This document shows, in pieces, positions 53,006 to 56,810 of a DNA stretch of 56,810 nucleotides. The translations under genes were made by a program, and so were the position numbers. The notes under the pieces are model-generated. The model saw only the letters and a program-made list of their open reading frames with translations, ran no database searches and had not been told where the DNA came from. Where the stretch lies: positions 1 to 56,810 of the forward strand of contig CAMDAQ010000001.1 in NCBI GenBank assembly GCA_945888705.1. The letters are read 5' to 3'. The stretch comes from Singulisphaera sp. GP187. GTDB lineage: Bacteria > Planctomycetota > Phycisphaerae > Phycisphaerales > SM1A02. Each line of letters opens with the position of its first letter. Position 1 is the stretch's first letter.

Positions 53006-53754
53006 CGTCGGGACTCCGTGTCGGCAGTGGTCAGGGTGCGGAAGACGTGGTCAAGGCGGTTGCGGATGACCGAGGCAGGGGCCTTGGCATCCAGTGCCTG
53101 CGGCGTGCCGTCGAAGACGATCGTGCCGCGGTTAATGATGACCGCGCGCGTGCAGACCGCCTCGACCTCCTCGAGGATGTGGGTGCTCAGCACGATGGCC
53201 TTGTCCTTGGCCATGGTGCGGATGAGTTCGCGAACCTGGTGCTTCTGGTTGGGGTCCAGGCCGTCGGTCGGCTCGTCCATGATCAGGACCGGCGGATCAT
53301 GCAGGATCGCCTGCGCCAGGCCCACGCGGCGCTTGAAGCCCTTCGACAGCGTCTCGATCGGCTGGTGATAGACGCCCTGCAGGTTGGTGCGCTCGACCGC
53401 TGCATCGACCCGTCGCGCTCGTTCGGCGCCACTGAAGCCACGCACGGCGCCGATGAAGCCCAGAAACTCTGCAACGGTCATGTCTGGGTAGCACGGCGCG
53501 CCTTCGGGCAGGTAGCCCATGTGCTCCTTCGCCTTCAACGGATCGGCGAGCATGTCGGTGCCGCAGATGCGAACGCTGCCGGCGGTCGGCGCCAGGAACC
53601 CGGTGATCATGCGCATGGTGGTGCTCTTGCCCGCGCCGTTTGGCCCGAGGAACCCAAGCACTTCACCGTGCTTCACGACGAGATCGATGCCTTGCACTGC
53701 GTCGAATGAACCGAATCGCTTGCGCAACCCTTGTGCTGCGATGGCCGCTTCCAT
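53002..53754 (-). CDS. ABC transporter ATP-binding protein (GldA-like)
   Basis: Start at MEAAIAAQGLRKRFG. Walker A GPNGAGKST, signature LSKGFKRRVGLAQAI, Walker B VLIMDEPTDGLD. Confidence 0.9.
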   Translation of the reverse strand: MEAAIAAQGLRKRFGSFDAVQGIDLVVKHGEVLGFLGPNGAGKSTTMRMITGFLAPTAGSVRICGTDMLADPLKAKEHMGYLPEGAPCYPDMTVAEFLGFIGAVRGFSGAERARRVDAAVERTNLQGVYHQPIETLSKGFKRRVGLAQAILHDPPVLIMDEPTDGLDPNQKHQVRELIRTMAKDKAIVLSTHILEEVEAVCTRAVIINRGTIVFDGTPQALDAKAPASVIRNRLDHVFRTLTTADTESRR

Positions 53755-54291
53755 GATTGGTGTCACCTCTGGTTGATGCCGTACCCCGGGGCCCGCGCGA
53801 GGGCCCTGAGGTCGCGGAGGGTAGAGCAGTGCGCGAACGCACGACAATGGGGGCAGGCTCGCCAAGGCAGGGTTTCATCGTGGTCTTCGCAGGCCCTTGA
53901 CGATTCCGCAAGTCGTTTCTGGGCAGAAGGTTGTACTCGTCCATAATCGCGGTTCCGACTTTCCCGTCAAAAAACTGAGGCCGTTGCTTGCCCACTTTCC
54001 GGGCCGGGCTATGGTCTTCCTGCATCCCCCACGGGTGCGGTTGGGCTGGGAAAAGGGACCACCCGACATTGCGGCACGAGGAAGGAAAGCCCGTGCTGCC
54101 AGTTTGCGCGCCTGTCGCGCAACGCTTGGGCCTGGAAGCCCCAAGAGTCGGACAAATCGTTCGCTTGGCTTGGCGTGGCGCCAATCCAAGCAACCCTCGA
54201 GCTTGTGTTCGAGGGAGAAGGTTGATCCATGCCCATTTGGGGCAGGCATGGTGTTCCATCCCCCGCCCCGGAGTCCTGAGAGGAGAAATCC

Positions 54292-54945
54292 ATGACCCGT
54301 TTCGTGCTCGCTACCGTCGTCGCTTCGACCCTCGCCTCGGCCGCTTCCGCCAGCTTCACCGGGTACTCGGTTGAGCGCGTGATTACCGCCGGTGGCAACT
54401 CGCGCTACTCGGTGTACGCAAACTTCAACGCCAGCAACCTGGTCTTCCTGAACGCTTTCAGCTTCGTCAACGTTTCGGGCACCATGAACGCCCGTCACCA
54501 GGACTTCTTCGTCGCTGAAGGCGAAGTCGGCACCTGGCAGGCCGGTTCGTCGGTTTCGGCCGCCGATCGCGGCGAAGACTCGTGGGTCACCGCGAGCGGC
54601 CTCGCCACCAGCTCGGGCTGGGGCAGCGCTCTCGACCCCGGCTTCGCGAACGGTGGCACCGTCGGTGACATCAACAACGGCGCTGGCTGGTACGACGCGA
54701 CCCCCGGCACGGCCAACAACATCCTCGCTGGCGGCACCCAGGGCGGCTACCGCATGCTGCTCGCCCAGATCGTTCGCTCGGGCGACGACTCGTCGCAGGC
54801 TGAGTCGGTCCACTCCATGCAGCTCGCGTGGAAGGTCGCCGGCACCACCACCGCGATCTTCGGCAACGGCTCGTTCACCATCCCCGCCCCGGGCGCGATG
54901 GCGCTCCTCGGCCTCGCCGGCCTCGCTGGCCGCCGTCGCCGCTGA
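54292..54945 (+). CDS. PEP-CTERM-like anchored surface protein, probably highly expressed
   Basis: A strong SD (GAGAGGAGAAATCC) precedes the ATG. Signal peptide MTRFVLATVVASTLASAASA. Tail IPAPGAMALLGLAGLAGRRRR. There is a marked preference for tcg/ggc/acc plus cgt/gct/ggt/gtt codons. A canonical terminator follows. Confidence 0.9.
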   Translation: MTRFVLATVVASTLASAASASFTGYSVERVITAGGNSRYSVYANFNASNLVFLNAFSFVNVSGTMNARHQDFFVAEGEVGTWQAGSSVSAADRGEDSWVTASGLATSSGWGSALDPGFANGGTVGDINNGAGWYDATPGTANNILAGGTQGGYRMLLAQIVRSGDDSSQAESVHSMQLAWKVAGTTTAIFGNGSFTIPAPGAMALLGLAGLAGRRRR

Positions 54946-54976
54946 ACCGTCCTCAGGACTGATCAGCACCATGATC

Positions 54977-55017
54977 ATCGCCGGCGCGGAGTTTCTCCGC
55001 GCCGGCGATTGCTTTTG
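54977..55017 (+). terminator. Rho-independent terminator
   Basis: Perfect 15-bp stem ATCGCCGGCGCGGAG-ttt-CTCCGCGCCGGCGAT followed by TGCTTTTGG. Confidence 0.85.
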
Positions 55018-55023
55018 GGCCAT

Positions 55024-56586
55024 TCAAGCGCGCATCGACTGACGGGCCAGGCTGATGGCGCTGGCGACCACATCGCCAAGTTCCTTGGGGACCAGTCGCT
55101 CCGGGTCGGCCGCCATCACATCGAGCATCCGCCGCGCCAGCCCGGGCTTGGTGTATCGGCGGATGGCATCATCGATGGCACGGCCGGCGGATCGGCCGCT
55201 CCCGGCCTCGGCGCCATAGGCCGATTCCAGGATCGCTCCGTCCAGGCCTCGATCCCAGAAGTACCGCTCGATCGAATTGGCCGGCAGCACGGTGAGTCGG
55301 CACGGTGCGATCGCGTCATGCCGTTGGATGATCTCTGCATAGCCTCGCCCGGCCGCATCGCCATCCACGAGCGCATGCACCGGCATGGCCAGCGATCCCG
55401 CCAATCGCATCACGGATTCGAGCCCGGCCTGAGCGAACTCGACCACCCTGACCCCCTCGGCTTCGAGATCGTGGCCGAGCAGCGAGGCCACGCCGGGCAG
55501 GCTCCAGAACTCCGTTTCGCCCTCGACGAGAATCCAAGCGCGTGCGAAGAAGGCACCGCCCCGAAGGGTCCGGATGTGGTATGAGAGCCGACGGACATCG
55601 CTCTCGGAGAGGTCCTTCGATTTTGCGCCGTAGGCCACCGTCCGCTCTGGTCGGCGCACCAGCCGACGGATGGCGCGCAGATCGATCGCGCCTAGGAAAT
55701 CCGGCGAATTCGTGGTGACCAGTCGCTGTGCCGGCAGTTGCTCGACCAGGCTCCAGAGGTTCGACAGCAGCGTCGGGTGCAGGTGCGTTTCGGGGTCCTC
55801 CACCAAGAGGATCGGTCGAACGCCTTGACCCACGCCACGGCGATCAGCCCTGAGCAAGGCGTGGGCAGCGATGAGCATGGCGCACACTCGGTCTGCGTTG
55901 GCCGGTTGACGCTCGGCATGGCGCCACGCCGTCGGCAGTGCTCGAAGCTCGGCGACCAAGTCAAGGCTTGCGGCATCGTGCAAGCGCCGGTCGGAGAGTT
56001 CGCTCGTCGCTGCCTCGGCGCTCTGCAACAGAGCGTGTCGTGACGGTGGCCCCTCGCGGTCCGGCGCCATCCAGGCGTTCACGGCCGAGGTCCACGCTGC
56101 ATCAGGAACCGTGGCGCCTTCCGTGCGGCCCATGCCGTTCCACAGCGACAGCCGGATCACTGGAATCTGCTGTCGCAGCGCGTCATGGGCAGCCTGCGCG
56201 GCCGCCTGGTCCAATGGCACCGGTTCGCCATCGGCGTTGAGGATCGTCGGAACGGTCGAGCCATCGCGGTGGTTCAGGTGCAGCCGCACGACGCGGTGCC
56301 CGAAGATCGAGCAGGGGAGCGCAGCGAGCGGAGCACAGCAGTCAAACTCGCCAGCCTGTGATTCACCGATGTCGAGCGCGATCTCGATGGGGCCCTGCGC
56401 ACCGCTGGTTCGGTCGGCGTCGATCAAGGCTCGGTCTGGCGGACCCAAGACGGCCTCGAGGGCACCGGCCAAGCTGGTCCGACCCCACTGGTTTTCGCCG
56501 ATCAGCACCGTGGTGTCGCGGCGAAGTCTGAGCTGCAGGCTGCGAAGGCCCCGAAAGTTGCGAATGCTGAGGTGGCGAAGGTGCAC
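55024..56586 (-). CDS. OLD-family ATP-dependent endonuclease-like protein (YbjD/DUF2813-like: ABC-type ATPase plus Toprim)
   Basis: LRHLSIRNFRGLRSL...VLIGENQWGRTSL (P-loop with R in place of K), LLVEDPETHLHP (Walker B/D-loop), and Toprim WILVEGETEFW plus LVDGDAAG. The likely start is GTG 56586 (VHLRHLSI). The ORF-track start at 56649 would add 21 aa that span an AT-rich stretch. Confidence 0.8.
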   Translation of the reverse strand: MHLRHLSIRNFRGLRSLQLRLRRDTTVLIGENQWGRTSLAGALEAVLGPPDRALIDADRTSGAQGPIEIALDIGESQAGEFDCCAPLAALPCSIFGHRVVRLHLNHRDGSTVPTILNADGEPVPLDQAAAQAAHDALRQQIPVIRLSLWNGMGRTEGATVPDAAWTSAVNAWMAPDREGPPSRHALLQSAEAATSELSDRRLHDAASLDLVAELRALPTAWRHAERQPANADRVCAMLIAAHALLRADRRGVGQGVRPILLVEDPETHLHPTLLSNLWSLVEQLPAQRLVTTNSPDFLGAIDLRAIRRLVRRPERTVAYGAKSKDLSESDVRRLSYHIRTLRGGAFFARAWILVEGETEFWSLPGVASLLGHDLEAEGVRVVEFAQAGLESVMRLAGSLAMPVHALVDGDAAGRGYAEIIQRHDAIAPCRLTVLPANSIERYFWDRGLDGAILESAYGAEAGSGRSAGRAIDDAIRRYTKPGLARRMLDVMAADPERLVPKELGDVVASAISLARQSMRA

Positions 56587-56810
56587 AGCGGGACTCGTTT
56601 GGTCCAATAATAGGTAACTCAGCTTTCCGCGGCGAGTTCGGTCCGTCACTCGATCAAGCCTGAATGAAAATCCGGTTCGAATCAGGACTTACCTCATTGC
56701 TTTGCTCAGAACTGGCTGTAGCCTCTCCCCACATGACCGCGACACTGCGGTCACCCGGCAGGCGTAAGCCAGCCGTCCAACTCGAGGGAGCAGGGGTCTG
56801 GAGACTGACC

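Noticed and set aside
51311-53368. 685-aa plus-strand ORF
   Set aside because: Antisense to the GldG-like, permease and ATPase genes.
53875-55023. 382-aa minus-strand ORF and the other ORFs in 53663-54398
   Set aside because: The long ORF is antisense to the strongly supported PEP-CTERM gene. The other ORFs lie in the long intergenic region. All have Arg/Pro/Gly-rich composition and no start context.
56650-56810. Lower-GC right-edge segment with the small hairpin TGACCGC-gacact-GCGGTCA as a possible ncRNA or tRNA
   Set aside because: No cloverleaf can be folded. The segment is too short and truncated by the window end. It is most simply the promoter or 5' region of the OLD-like gene.

Overview
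High-GC bacterial chromosomal window. Long spurious antisense ORFs are everywhere, so gene calls rest on recognisable protein motifs, signal peptides and ATGA/GTGA start-stop coupling. No database search or statistic was run.

Content:
1. A very dense set of secreted or surface proteins. Seven carry dockerin-like EF-hand modules (D.NGDG.VD..DL..LL..WG.C). Three carry PEP-CTERM-like tails (IPAPGAMALL...RRRR). This combination suggests a Planctomycetota/Phycisphaerae-like genome, but that is only a guess.
2. rmlBDAC (dTDP-L-rhamnose) followed by fumC.
3. A glycan/glycosylation locus of about 17 kb (22.4-39.8 kb). It holds eight GT2-type glycosyltransferases (one of the Glyco_tranf_2_4 type), one GT4, one GT8-like enzyme, two polytopic membrane proteins with C-terminal TPRs (one TMTC-like GT-C), a DUF2304-type membrane protein, a sulfotransferase, a SAM methyltransferase, an MsbA/PglK-type ABC exporter and a sulfatase-like enzyme. 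No Wzx, Wzy, Wzz or initiating phosphoglycosyltransferase is visible.
4. Two giant PA14/LamG/Cys-repeat proteins flanking an orphan cytoplasmic protein.
5. An ECF sigma / anti-sigma / secreted metzincin string, divergent from an FtsX-type ABC exporter with a HlyD adaptor.
6. A GldA/F/G-like ABC system plus a DUF4340 protein.
7. Housekeeping genes: tag, truB, tRNA-Pro(GGG), tRNA-Ser(GGA), a PEBP-family protein, a thioesterase and an LCM-type methyltransferase.
8. An OLD-family (YbjD-like) nuclease at the right edge, with Arg in place of the Walker A lysine.

No transposase, integrase or CRISPR array was seen.

Most interesting hypotheses:
- A Gtr-like/TMTC-like periplasmic glycosylation system, possibly acting on proteins and with sulfation and methylation, sits among its likely secreted substrates.
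- A four-repeat surface-protein family has its C-terminal anchor swapped between PEP-CTERM and a single dockerin-like repeat at the same junction.
- An AT-flanked TTTCCGGAAA palindrome recurs upstream of three dockerin-module genes, next to an orphan protein with a helix-turn-helix-like segment.
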